64,000 nt of DNA from an uncultured virus (IMG/VR IMGVR_UViG_3300009703_000013) (lineage: Duplodnaviria; Heunggongvirae; Uroviricota; Caudoviricetes), in the IMG/VR virus record IMGVR_UViG_3300009703_000013. One strand, 5' to 3'. Below are positions 1 through 9,167 of this stretch, in pieces. The position numbers and the translations under genes were made by a program. Each line of letters begins with the position of its first letter. Within the stretch, counting starts at the first letter, position 1. The notes under the pieces are model-generated. The model was not told the DNA's origin. It saw nothing but the letters and a program-made list of their open reading frames with translations, and did not search any database.

Positions 1-736
1 TTTGAACAATAGGACCTGTCATATCTTTTGCTTCAATTATATCACCTATGTTCCAAATCTTACCTGTTAGATATGCGTCTCTTCTTGCATCGTAAGTATC
101 TAATTCAGAAATGTCTTTTTCTTCTCTTATACCCATATTTTTTCTAACATCTCTGTATAATTGTTTGCCATCTCTAAACCCTTTTGGCACTCCGTCTAAG
201 AAAGCGTTAACATTACCATCTGAAGCAGCTTGTCTCATTTTACTTGCTGACATACCTGATACACCTTCAGCATCTGGGTCTCTGTCACCAGCAGATACAA
301 CTTTGATATTGTCAAACTTGTACATACCATGTCTTGCTTTTACACCATTATATTTTTTTAATAGTGTTTCAAATTCTTTTACTCTATCTGAACCTACAAC
401 CATAGTTACATCTCTGTAACCAGCATTGTATAAAGATGTTGCAACATCTATAGCAGTTTTAGGATTTTTATCTACGGCGATGCTTCTCTTATGTTTAGGA
501 AACATCTTTCTCATGTATGCTAATTTTTTAGCATATGGAAGAGGGTCTTTCTTTTGATTTTGTGATTGTGATGGGTAGATACGATAATCGTCACTACCTG
601 CAACTGATTTAACTTTATCGATTAATTTTTCGTGACCTGTAGTTGGTGGATTAAAACGACCAAAAGTAAATACAACCTTCTTTTCTGCAAGAGGGGCTGC
701 TTCGTAAACTGAAAATTTTGTTATATTATTTTTCAC
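1..736 (-). CDS. Cytidyltransferase-like (HIGH-family) nucleotidyltransferase, 3' end runs off the window
   Basis: Not in the ORF track; manual translation gives ...VVFTFGRFNPPTTGHEKLIDKV...KDPLPYAKK...VVGSDRV...SAGDRDPDAEGVSGMSASKMR, typical of T4-like phage cytidyltransferases. No in-frame ATG; GTG at 736 or ATA at 724 are candidate starts. Confidence 0.85.
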   Translation of the reverse strand, partial: MKNNITKFSVYEAAPLAEKKVVFTFGRFNPPTTGHEKLIDKVKSVAGSDDYRIYPSQSQNQKKDPLPYAKKLAYMRKMFPKHKRSIAVDKNPKTAIDVATSLYNAGYRDVTMVVGSDRVKEFETLLKKYNGVKARHGMYKFDNIKVVSAGDRDPDAEGVSGMSASKMRQAASDGNVNAFLDGVPKGFRDGKQLYRDVRKNMGIREEKDISELDTYDARRDAYLTGKIWNIGDIIEAKDMTGPIVQ

Positions 737-1190
737 TTTGTTTCGCCTGTCTTGCAGCTCTAGCTGCTTTTACTTTTTCTATCTCACCTTTTTTAACTTT
801 GATCTTCATACGTTGAGCAATCTTATTGATAGCAGGACCATACTTGGCAGCTATTCTTTGATCAACTTTCATTTTCATTTGAGGGGATAACTTATCATAA
901 TTTTTAAAGAACTTATTAATTATGATTCTTTTAGCAGCTTTTCTTGCTTTTACAGCTTGTTTTTCTGGCGAAGCAATCTTTAATTTTGATCGTTCTTTTT
1001 TCTTTTGGAATGCTGAGGACTTAGCTAAACGTGCCATACGTCTACCGATTTTACGTCTTTGTGCTACGTTAATTACACGTAACTCTTCTATATTTTTAGC
1101 TAATTGTTCGAAACTTAATTTTGACATATTATCATTTATCCCATGTTTTAATCGCTGTGAAGTTATTAAAAGAAAACTCCATACGATCAA
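726..1190 (-). CDS. Basic Lys/Arg-rich hypothetical protein (likely start at MSKLSF, ~1127)
   Basis: ORF tightly packed between neighbours; highly basic composition. Confidence 0.7.
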   Translation of the reverse strand: MIVWSFLLITSQRLKHGINDNMSKLSFEQLAKNIEELRVINVAQRRKIGRRMARLAKSSAFQKKKERSKLKIASPEKQAVKARKAAKRIIINKFFKNYDKLSPQMKMKVDQRIAAKYGPAINKIAQRMKIKVKKGEIEKVKAARAARQAKQSEK

Positions 1191-2364
1191 CTAATTTAAC
1201 AGCATTGCCTGATACTCTATCTATTGCTACATAACCCTCTGGGTTAACCACTTTATATCCATTATTAGTACGTATAAACGTATTAGTCAATTGCTTAACA
1301 CTATTTAGTTTTTTAACTATCTGCATTTTTGCATCTATAAGTAAATTTTGAAATGTAACGACTTGTTCTAAATTACGTATATGTTTCTTTATTTCTCTAG
1401 TATATTCCTTTTGAATATTCTCATATTTTGCCTTACCCTTAGGGGTTTTTAACTTATCTACTTGTTTTTGCAAGACTTTTTCAACAAAATCCCCATATCC
1501 TTTTGCATATTTACTAGGATTTTTAACAGGTTCACCTACTCTTACTTTACTATTATAGTATGTTTTATATGATGCTCCCACTAATTGACCTGTCATAGAT
1601 GATTGTAAATCTAAGAACTTCTTTAACATAGGGGCATTAATTCTTTGAAATGTTTTACCTGTCTCTGATAATATCTTTGTAATTGCATCTGTTTCAGACT
1701 TATTAAACGTTGCATTACCAGATACATCTTTATATGTAGCATCATCCATCCAAACCGATGATGTATTTGTAAGTTTTTTTATGTCTGCACCAAAAGATGC
1801 TTTCATACTAGGTAAGTCTTTTCCTTTATATGTTGTATGCCAAACTACTCCGATCTTTGCTTTGTTTATTGTCTTTGCAAAGTCAGAATCAGTAGGAACA
1901 GCATAAACAATAGTGTTGGGTTGAAATGTGATATATGAAACACCATCGATTTTAGTTTTACCGATATCATTTGTAAACATGAGATCACCTTGAAGTACAC
2001 CTTTAATGTTAAGTTTTGAAAACTCTTTAAGAGCAATTTTAAATTTTGAATTAAGTTGACCAGATAAGTCATTATCAATCTCCTTGTTAGTTTTGTATAA
2101 TTTTGGATTTACATTAAATACTGATTTCTTTGCAACAAAGAACTTACCATCGCTTGGGTCTACACCTGCAAAGATAGCTGGAGCACCATCCCATTTAACA
2201 GTCATATTAACAGACGATCTACTTGCACCTGCTAACATATCTCTTAAACTTCTTAAAAAGTTTATAGCTGCTCTCCCACCTGGCACACCATGATTGATAA
2301 TCTCATCTTCAATATGTTCCATGTGAAGATTTTTACCAGCTTGTTCTTGTATAAAACTAAGCAT
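1132..2364 (-). CDS. Conserved phage protein (DUF6267-like) with covalent nucleotidyltransferase/RNA-ligase-like motifs
   Basis: TVKWDG, LQGDL, PEGYV and VKLVDR occur in the order of ligase motifs I, III, IV and V. Confidence 0.7.
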   Translation of the reverse strand: MLSFIQEQAGKNLHMEHIEDEIINHGVPGGRAAINFLRSLRDMLAGASRSSVNMTVKWDGAPAIFAGVDPSDGKFFVAKKSVFNVNPKLYKTNKEIDNDLSGQLNSKFKIALKEFSKLNIKGVLQGDLMFTNDIGKTKIDGVSYITFQPNTIVYAVPTDSDFAKTINKAKIGVVWHTTYKGKDLPSMKASFGADIKKLTNTSSVWMDDATYKDVSGNATFNKSETDAITKILSETGKTFQRINAPMLKKFLDLQSSMTGQLVGASYKTYYNSKVRVGEPVKNPSKYAKGYGDFVEKVLQKQVDKLKTPKGKAKYENIQKEYTREIKKHIRNLEQVVTFQNLLIDAKMQIVKKLNSVKQLTNTFIRTNNGYKVVNPEGYVAIDRVSGNAVKLVDRMEFSFNNFTAIKTWDK

Positions 2365-2633
2365 TACTCACCTCCTCCACCATTACCGCCACTGCCGTTT
2401 CCACCGTTGCCATTTCCACCATTTCCACCATTTCCGTTTCCGTTTCCATTACCATTGCCGTTACCATTTCCATTTGCAGGTGTTTCATCACCTCCATTTG
2501 TATTTTTTGGAACACCAATAATATATCTTCCTTTATATCTTATTGTCTTTGGTACGCATTGTTTTAATTTTTTATCGTACTTCATGCCTGGTGGACATTT
2601 GTTATCGTTCATTAAATCTTTATATGTTTTCAT
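2364..2633 (-). CDS. Small protein with Cys pair and Gly-Asn low-complexity tail
   Basis: TAATG-type overlaps with both neighbours; KCPPG...KQC then (GN)n/GGN repeats. Confidence 0.7.
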   Translation of the reverse strand: MKTYKDLMNDNKCPPGMKYDKKLKQCVPKTIRYKGRYIIGVPKNTNGGDETPANGNGNGNGNGNGNGNGGNGGNGNGGNGSGGNGGGGE

Positions 2634-3985
2634 TATTTTGTTGCCAATGAGTTATATTTTACTGCAAGAGAATGTTGTCCTAATTTTTTTACACCTGCAT
2701 GACCTGATTTATTTGTTCTAATAGACATCTTCATAACCAAACTATCTGAACCAGACTTTAATTCTATTTCCCAATTTTGCTTTGAAGTTCTACTAGGGTA
2801 TGCTTTTACGAAATCTACTTGTGGTATAAATACCCCCAAAGCATCCTTTTCAGTTATTTCTGAATAACCTTTACCAGCTGCTTTAATAACCAATGTAGGA
2901 ACATCTGGTGCATCTCTTAAAACTTCTTTCTTAATATACTCTAAAGTATTTTTTCTATCTGCGTTAAAAAGTTTAATAATTTCTTGTCTCATTATCTCAA
3001 GATATACATTGTAAAGTTCCTCGTATCTCTTGTTATTCTTTTTATCAAAGTCTCTTAAAACTTGCGATGTTTTTCTATCTTTCTGAAATCTATTTGCTGG
3101 TGGCATACCTGGAATCTTACCATGTGCGTCTTTATGTACTTTGGTATAAATTCTTCTTAACTTATTTCCTTGTCTAAATGCGTTGAATACAGTATTAACA
3201 TAAGTGTTTAGTTTAGGTTCAGTGGTTTTCTTACCACCTGCTTTTAAACTAACTCCTAATATTGATTTGTCAAAGTAAGTTAAAAATATGTCACCTGGGT
3301 GTCCACCTGGTACACCTGCAGGTTTAGATTTATTTGTCGGTCCCCACCTAGTCTCAACTATTTTCTTATCTTTGTTTTGATCTAGAATAAATTTATTAAT
3401 TGCAATAGCATTGTTCATCTTATCTTCAAACTTTGATGAAGTATCTGCTCTGTTGATTATCTCTTGAGCTTTTTCCACGTCACCTGGTATGACACATTTA
3501 AGTTTTTTAAGATCAACGTCTATTAAATACTCATGAAAAGATTTAGCATCTTTTGGTTTGTATTTGTTCTCAAATGCGATACATGGAAACAGTTCAGTTA
3601 TAGAAGCATTTAAAGTTGTCTCACCCATTCCACCTGATTCTGGTTTAACAAATATTCTAAATGCTCTATCTTCAAACTTACCATCGATAGGGTCTACACT
3701 AGATTGTGAGTCTCCTAGTTTTGCATCTACACCTGCTTGTCTTAAATTTCTTAATATTTCGTCTCGATCTGTTTCTCTGTCTGGTGAACGTACAATTATG
3801 ACATCTCTTTTAGATGAAGAGAGTTTACTAGATTTTGAATAGGATAATCCTCTAAAAATGTCAATAGGAAGATTCATAACATCCTCTTGAATGAGGTCTG
3901 ATATTCTCTCAAGATGATCTACTTTATATTCTGGTCTGTTTCTTACTTGTTTTATGTACTTGCTGATTGACATCAATCTCTCCAT
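2633..3985 (-). CDS. Hypothetical protein, possible PD-(D/E)XK-like nuclease
   Basis: 450 aa; E in an upstream helix (ASITELFP), then PGDIFL...GVSLK. Confidence 0.55.
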   Translation of the reverse strand: MERLMSISKYIKQVRNRPEYKVDHLERISDLIQEDVMNLPIDIFRGLSYSKSSKLSSSKRDVIIVRSPDRETDRDEILRNLRQAGVDAKLGDSQSSVDPIDGKFEDRAFRIFVKPESGGMGETTLNASITELFPCIAFENKYKPKDAKSFHEYLIDVDLKKLKCVIPGDVEKAQEIINRADTSSKFEDKMNNAIAINKFILDQNKDKKIVETRWGPTNKSKPAGVPGGHPGDIFLTYFDKSILGVSLKAGGKKTTEPKLNTYVNTVFNAFRQGNKLRRIYTKVHKDAHGKIPGMPPANRFQKDRKTSQVLRDFDKKNNKRYEELYNVYLEIMRQEIIKLFNADRKNTLEYIKKEVLRDAPDVPTLVIKAAGKGYSEITEKDALGVFIPQVDFVKAYPSRTSKQNWEIELKSGSDSLVMKMSIRTNKSGHAGVKKLGQHSLAVKYNSLATK

Positions 3986-4003
3986 TTATACAATAACAAG
4001 TAT

Positions 4004-4252
4004 TTATTCGTCAAAAGGTCTTAGAAATTTAGGGAAATCAAACGTTCCAAACGTGCAATTTTTGTTTTGAAACTTACACCAACCCTCTGCATCTTCTTTA
4101 AATTCAAATCTATGCACAATTTGGTCATACTTAGTATCGTAACAAAGATAGGGTTTTTTGCCACCCATGTGACTAATATCTACTTTGAACCTACCTTTTT
4201 GTTCAATATTTCTATGTTTCTTTTTATACCTTGAGTTTTTGAAATTTTTCAT
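4004..4252 (-). CDS. Hypothetical protein
   Basis: 82-aa ORF overlapping the gp41 3' end; similar small ORFs follow gp41 in marine T4-like phages. Confidence 0.6.
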   Translation of the reverse strand: MKNFKNSRYKKKHRNIEQKGRFKVDISHMGGKKPYLCYDTKYDQIVHRFEFKEDAEGWCKFQNKNCTFGTFDFPKFLRPFDE

Positions 4253-5621
4253 ATCTTGACCCTATTGTTGATTTATCGAATAATGGTGTATCGTCTTCTA
4301 TTTGATTTTTATCTACTATATCATCTTGAGCTTTCATTTCTACATCATATAGTTTCATTTTTGCTCGGTCTACTCCAAGCACAAATCTTTTATTACTTGT
4401 TGGGTCATTGTATCTGTTTTTTAATTGTTTAACAGCTATCTGATTTAATTCCTCTAACTCATCCGTTGAGATAAGCGCAAACATAAAGTCTGCTGTTGCT
4501 GGTAGTCCAAATGATTCGGATGTATCTTCTAATCCTATATCAGTTGAAACAAAACCACTTCTCGTTGTTTGTGTTGCTGTGACTATTGGTAAATTGTTTT
4601 CTACTGCTAGTCCTCTTAATTCCTCTGCGATTGCTTTTATTATTGTGTAAGAATTGATATTACTTCCACCTCTAAATCTAGATGAAGCACATATATTAAG
4701 ATAATCTACAAATATTATATCTGGTTTAAATGATTTCTTAATTGCTAATTCTTGTATTAATTGTCTAAAATGATTTGTATGTGCTGATGCTGTTGGATAT
4801 TCTTTTATAATTAAAGTACCATCTGCTCTTTTTTTAACTTTTTCAATCTTATCTTGATACATTGTTTTAGGTAGATCATGTAAATCATCTATACTAATGT
4901 TCATTAAGTTAGCATCTATTCTTTCTGCGATACGTTCCTCTGCCATTTCTAAAGTAATATAAAGTACATTCTTACCTTGACTTAAACAATTAGAAGCCAT
5001 GTGGCACATAAACAAAGACTTACCTACACCTGTGCCAGCAAGTGCAACGTTTAAAGTCTTTTGTGGTAATCCACCTTTTGTAATTTTATTAAAAAACTCT
5101 AAATCAAAAGGTATTCTTTCCTCTACTTGATGATAGTAATCAAATCTAGTATCTGAGTCTTTTAAATAATCATGTCCTACTCTATTATCAAATGAAACTG
5201 CTAGTGCGTCTGTAAGTAAACTTGGTAATGCATCTGGTTTACGATTATTGTCTCTGCCTTCAATGATTGATATTCCGTCAACGATTGCATTATATATTGC
5301 TTTTTCTTTACACCAATTTTCCGTAGTATCAGATAACCAATCTACATTAACATCTTCTTTTTCAAATGATGATACTGTTTCTCTTATCTCTTTAAACTGA
5401 GCTTCGTTTAAATCTTTCCTATTATCTATTTCAATTTGAATTGAAGTAGTTGTAGGTGTCTTATTATATTTTTGTATAAACTTTAATATCTCATGGAAAA
5501 TTACTTTATCATTTTTATCTGTAAAGTAATCTTCTTTGATAAACGGTATTACTTTTCTAGAGTAATCCTCGTTCCAAATCAGATGAGAGAGTATCGTCTT
5601 TTCTATTGTTTTGTTCATCAA
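4224..5621 (-). CDS. 41: Replicative DnaB-like helicase gp41
   Basis: Walker A AGTGVGKS, YITLEMAEERIAERIDAN, DYLNIC, SESFGLPATAD. Confidence 0.97.
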   Translation of the reverse strand: MMNKTIEKTILSHLIWNEDYSRKVIPFIKEDYFTDKNDKVIFHEILKFIQKYNKTPTTTSIQIEIDNRKDLNEAQFKEIRETVSSFEKEDVNVDWLSDTTENWCKEKAIYNAIVDGISIIEGRDNNRKPDALPSLLTDALAVSFDNRVGHDYLKDSDTRFDYYHQVEERIPFDLEFFNKITKGGLPQKTLNVALAGTGVGKSLFMCHMASNCLSQGKNVLYITLEMAEERIAERIDANLMNISIDDLHDLPKTMYQDKIEKVKKRADGTLIIKEYPTASAHTNHFRQLIQELAIKKSFKPDIIFVDYLNICASSRFRGGSNINSYTIIKAIAEELRGLAVENNLPIVTATQTTRSGFVSTDIGLEDTSESFGLPATADFMFALISTDELEELNQIAVKQLKNRYNDPTSNKRFVLGVDRAKMKLYDVEMKAQDDIVDKNQIEDDTPLFDKSTIGSRYEKFQKLKV

Positions 5622-5877
5622 TTAATTCCACTAATATATCACCAATATAATTAAAAAATTCATCACCGAAAACATCTCTAGGTAAACCATTGTTTTCTAG
5701 AATATCAAACTCAAACTGCATTGTTAGTTTGCCATCTTTTTCTATTGGTGTTACTTTTCCATATTTGTATATTACACCAGCATACTTACCTTCGTTTATT
5801 CCTATACAAGTTTGATTAGGATACTTTGCTGATTGTATATAACTATACCGCTTCTTTGGTTTCTTCTTGTCCGCCAT
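5557..5877 (-). CDS. Probable gp40 head vertex assembly chaperone homolog
   Basis: Lies between uvsX and gp41 as in T4; GVIYKYGKV...FNYIGDIL pattern. Confidence 0.55.
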   Translation of the reverse strand: MADKKKPKKRYSYIQSAKYPNQTCIGINEGKYAGVIYKYGKVTPIEKDGKLTMQFEFDILENNGLPRDVFGDEFFNYIGDILVELIDEQNNRKDDTLSSDLERGLL

Positions 5878-6889
5878 ATGAAAATTCCTTTTTAGCTGCT
5901 ATTTCTAATTTATCCAGCACTTCTTTAGTAAAGTAAGTCTCTGGGTTATCGTTAATAGATTTACCAAATACTTTTTTACCATCTGGTAGTTCATATTTTG
6001 TAGATACCTTTTTAAAGATATCATACTTTTCAGCGAGTGGTAATAGACCATAATACTTGTCGAGTCCTTTTGAGTACATAAGTCTAACGTCCACTATTGA
6101 ATTTTCTTTTGTTAATCGTGATTTGTGATTTTTACAATGAATAATATTACCAACAACATCTGTACCTACTTTTTCTTTTCTTTTTGATAAGAATACAATA
6201 GAAGAAGCTGCATATTTTAGTCCACTTCCACCACCCATTTCTTTAGTAGGAAACATACTACCCATTGAGTCATATGTGTGATTGGTTACAACCATTGGAA
6301 CTTTTGCTTTACCAAGTTTCAATGTTAATACTCTGAATGCAGCTTTTAAAACTTGAGCTCTTGTCATATCTCTAGTTTCTTTACCTTCAGCTGTATCTTC
6401 TACTTCTTTTGTAGTTGATAGCATTCCAAGTGAATCAAGACACATAAACATCGGTCTTTTTACAGTAACGTCTTGTTGCATATATCTATCTAATATTTTA
6501 ATTGATTGTGTTCTAAATTCTTGTACAGTTGTCACAGGTACAACAACCATTCTTTCTGCATCGATACCTCTATCAACAATCATTTTTTTAGTTATTGCTG
6601 ATTCTGATTCAAAGTAAACAACACCACCATCTGGGTTTGCATCTAAGAAATGTTTAACAATTCCCATAAGGAAAAATGTTTTACCTGTAGCAGATTCACC
6701 TGCTAGTGCGGTAATTTTGTTTTGAGGAAGTCCACCATAAAGTGAACCTGAAAGAAGAGCATTAAAAATATATGAACCTGTATCAATAAAATCTGTTACA
6801 TCACCACTTTCAATACCAGCATCAGCTAGTGTTGCATATTCATTACCTGTTGTCTTAATTATCTCTTTTAAAAAATCACTACCTGACAT
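5843..6889 (-). CDS. uvsX: UvsX RecA-like recombinase
   Basis: [39 protein letters not shown]. Confidence 0.97.
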   Translation of the reverse strand: MSGSDFLKEIIKTTGNEYATLADAGIESGDVTDFIDTGSYIFNALLSGSLYGGLPQNKITALAGESATGKTFFLMGIVKHFLDANPDGGVVYFESESAITKKMIVDRGIDAERMVVVPVTTVQEFRTQSIKILDRYMQQDVTVKRPMFMCLDSLGMLSTTKEVEDTAEGKETRDMTRAQVLKAAFRVLTLKLGKAKVPMVVTNHTYDSMGSMFPTKEMGGGSGLKYAASSIVFLSKRKEKVGTDVVGNIIHCKNHKSRLTKENSIVDVRLMYSKGLDKYYGLLPLAEKYDIFKKVSTKYELPDGKKVFGKSINDNPETYFTKEVLDKLEIAAKKEFSYGGQEETKEAV

Positions 6890-6890
6890 A

Positions 6891-7115
6891 TTAACTCCTT
6901 ATATATTTAGTACACATTTTATCTAGTGCGTAAAACCATACACCATTTATTGTTGGTTCTACTAATGCAACAACACCTGCCTCAAATAAACTGGCACCTG
7001 TTACAATACTTACTACTGACATTGCTATTATTACATGACCACAAGTATAAATCAATGCCCTACCCATACTTGTACTACCTACTGTTTTAAATATGCCTTG
7101 AGTAAATTCTGTCAT
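6891..7115 (-). CDS. Small membrane protein (DUF2061-like)
   Basis: Two hydrophobic segments; ALIYTCGH...LVEP...WFY. Confidence 0.55.
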   Translation of the reverse strand: MTEFTQGIFKTVGSTSMGRALIYTCGHVIIAMSVVSIVTGASLFEAGVVALVEPTINGVWFYALDKMCTKYIRS

Positions 7116-7369
7116 TATATATCCGTTCTTACGATATGTTTTCTCAAAGCTCTTACCAACTCTTCTATTTTATCTATTACAGATATCATATCTTTATCTG
7201 TAATATACTTTTGTTTTTCTCTTAACTTATCATATTCTTTTAATGATATCTGCACCATAGGACTAGGTGCTGGCGCTTCGTTTTCCATACTGGCGTCAAG
7301 AGCTCTTTGTTTTTCTTCACTATCTGTCATTTTATTGCTATCGCTCCTATAAACATAAAGTTTCGCCAA
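7115..7369 (-). CDS. Hypothetical protein (likely start ~7330, MTDSEE)
   Basis: Packed ORF with coiled-coil-like C-terminus. Confidence 0.6.
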   Translation of the reverse strand: MAKLYVYRSDSNKMTDSEEKQRALDASMENEAPAPSPMVQISLKEYDKLREKQKYITDKDMISVIDKIEELVRALRKHIVRTDI

Positions 7370-8034
7370 AATACTTGTACATCTTTAAATCCAGCGTTGT
7401 ACATGAATTGTTTTAGTTCATCCCAAGTATTAGGTTTCAACATATGTCTTAATGTTTTTTCTTTTGTCATTATATCATCGCAAGTAAAACTTTCTTTTTT
7501 ATGATCGTAATACATGAAAGTCATCATGTCTTGTATTTGTGGATTATCACAATATACTTTTTCTGCAAACACAAATGCTCCACCTGGTTGTAGTTGATCG
7601 TACACTTTTTTAATTACATCTTCTCTATCTCTCTTTGGCATAAACTGTAAAGTAAAGATAGATGTTGCGTATGATAATTTTTTTCTGTAATCAAATTCAT
7701 GATATCTAATATCTGCATGTAAAAATTTAGCATCAATATCATGATTGTTTTTAATTGTTTTTGTTCTTTCTCTTAAATCTTTTTGAAATCCCTCTGCATA
7801 TTCAACACCAACATAATGAGCAGATGGTGCTATATCTTTATTCGCTTTTATTATTCTATCAGTAAGTTTACCTGTCGAACATCCTATATCTAAAACATAA
7901 GTTCCGTCTTCTACAAAGTATCTAGAAAAAGATACAACATCTTTTAACATATCTTGATAACCACGAATAGACTTATCTATGTGAAGATCAAAACCTTCGT
8001 CTCTATGTGCAAATGTAAAATCATTATTCATCAT
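7327..8034 (-). CDS. cmoA: Carboxy-S-adenosylmethionine synthase CmoA homolog
   Basis: DFTF...F..HIDKSIRGY, VLDIGCSTG, FTLQFM, LQPGGAFVFAEK and AGF...F..AIAIK align along the whole length with E. coli CmoA (DWTF, YDLGCSLG, FTLQFL, LNPGGALVLSEK). Confidence 0.88.
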   Translation of the reverse strand: MMNNDFTFAHRDEGFDLHIDKSIRGYQDMLKDVVSFSRYFVEDGTYVLDIGCSTGKLTDRIIKANKDIAPSAHYVGVEYAEGFQKDLRERTKTIKNNHDIDAKFLHADIRYHEFDYRKKLSYATSIFTLQFMPKRDREDVIKKVYDQLQPGGAFVFAEKVYCDNPQIQDMMTFMYYDHKKESFTCDDIMTKEKTLRHMLKPNTWDELKQFMYNAGFKDVQVFWRNFMFIGAIAIK

Positions 8035-9167
8035 ATATTCCTTATTACTTTTTCATACATTGAAGTTGCTAGTGCTTTCATCATAAGACTAGGTACCATT
8101 CTACCACAACGTTCAGATTTCTGAGCCCACTTGCCAGTAAGTTTAAAATCATCTGGCAACGAAGTAACTCTTTTTAATTCACCAAGTGTAAACTTTCTAT
8201 CGTCATTCCAATGACACACACCAGCAGTTTTTTCTGTAGCACCCATTGCTGTAATAGTAGGACTAGGGTGAAACTCTGAAGCAATCTTTAAATTAAAATG
8301 CCATCCTTTTGGATGATAGTCAGTACCAGTGATAACTTTCTCTGGGTTTCTTGGCATCAAAACACATGTTTGTTTATAGTATGCTGTTTCTTTCCATTTT
8401 GTAGTTAACATATCAACTTCTTCTTTGTCATACTCTAAACCATCAAAGGCACCTTGTAAAGTAGTAATAGTATTGTTTGGCTCAGGAAATAAAGATGATA
8501 ATGTCATAAAGTTTAAACCAACCTTATCCATTATATCATCACGTACTGCCATAAAGAAAACTCTACGTCTTCTTTGTGGAACACCAAACTGAGAACAATC
8601 ATGTACTTTTGCAACTACTTGATATCCAATGTCTTCAAATGTATTTTGAATTTTATTAAAATATTGTTTTGCTTCTCCTACTGTTAGACCTTCAACATTT
8701 TCTGCAATGATAGTCTTTGGTCTAATAACTTCAGCAACTCGTAAAAACTCAAAAAATAAATCTTCAATATTAGTAACTATCTTTCCGTCTGAATAAGATT
8801 TAGTTTTACCAAAGCCATCACTATGTACAGTTCCCTCTCTTGCAAGAGTACCACACATACTAAATGCTGAACAAGGTGGACTACCATCTAGTAATTCTAA
8901 TTCACCTTCTTTTAATTTTGTTAAATCTAAAAAGTCTTTACCTGTAAGTTCTTTTATGTCACCATCCATGATTGGTGTAGTTGGATAATTATCTCTATAA
9001 GTATTTCTTGCCTCTTCAACAAATTCATTGATCGCAAGTATCTTACCACCTGCAAGTCTGTAACCTGTAGATGAACCACCACCACCAGCAAAAGTAGATA
9101 TAACTCTAAACTTGTTTAGTGCTTCTCCAGCGTGTACATCTTTCATTAAGTAAGGTTGATATTTCAT
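8031..9167 (-). CDS. C5-cytosine DNA methyltransferase family enzyme, predicted carboxymethyltransferase
   Basis: Motif I FAGGGG, IV GSPPCSAFS, VI ENV, VIII QRRRRVF; motif X is GRMV instead of GNxV. Confidence 0.9.
   Translation of the reverse strand: MKYQPYLMKDVHAGEALNKFRVISTFAGGGGSSTGYRLAGGKILAINEFVEEARNTYRDNYPTTPIMDGDIKELTGKDFLDLTKLKEGELELLDGSPPCSAFSMCGTLAREGTVHSDGFGKTKSYSDGKIVTNIEDLFFEFLRVAEVIRPKTIIAENVEGLTVGEAKQYFNKIQNTFEDIGYQVVAKVHDCSQFGVPQRRRRVFFMAVRDDIMDKVGLNFMTLSSLFPEPNNTITTLQGAFDGLEYDKEEVDMLTTKWKETAYYKQTCVLMPRNPEKVITGTDYHPKGWHFNLKIASEFHPSPTITAMGATEKTAGVCHWNDDRKFTLGELKRVTSLPDDFKLTGKWAQKSERCGRMVPSLMMKALATSMYEKVIRNI

Noticed and set aside
2367..2475. CRISPR-like or tandem DNA array
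   Set aside because: Codon-level Gly/Asn repeats inside an ORF with no repeat-spacer structure; no CRISPR array was seen anywhere in the window.
7327..8034. cmoA acting in tRNA cmo5U modification
   Set aside because: No cmoB or tRNA genes in the window, and it is translationally coupled to a DNA C5-MTase with the Arg substitution; a side effect on host tRNA is not excluded.
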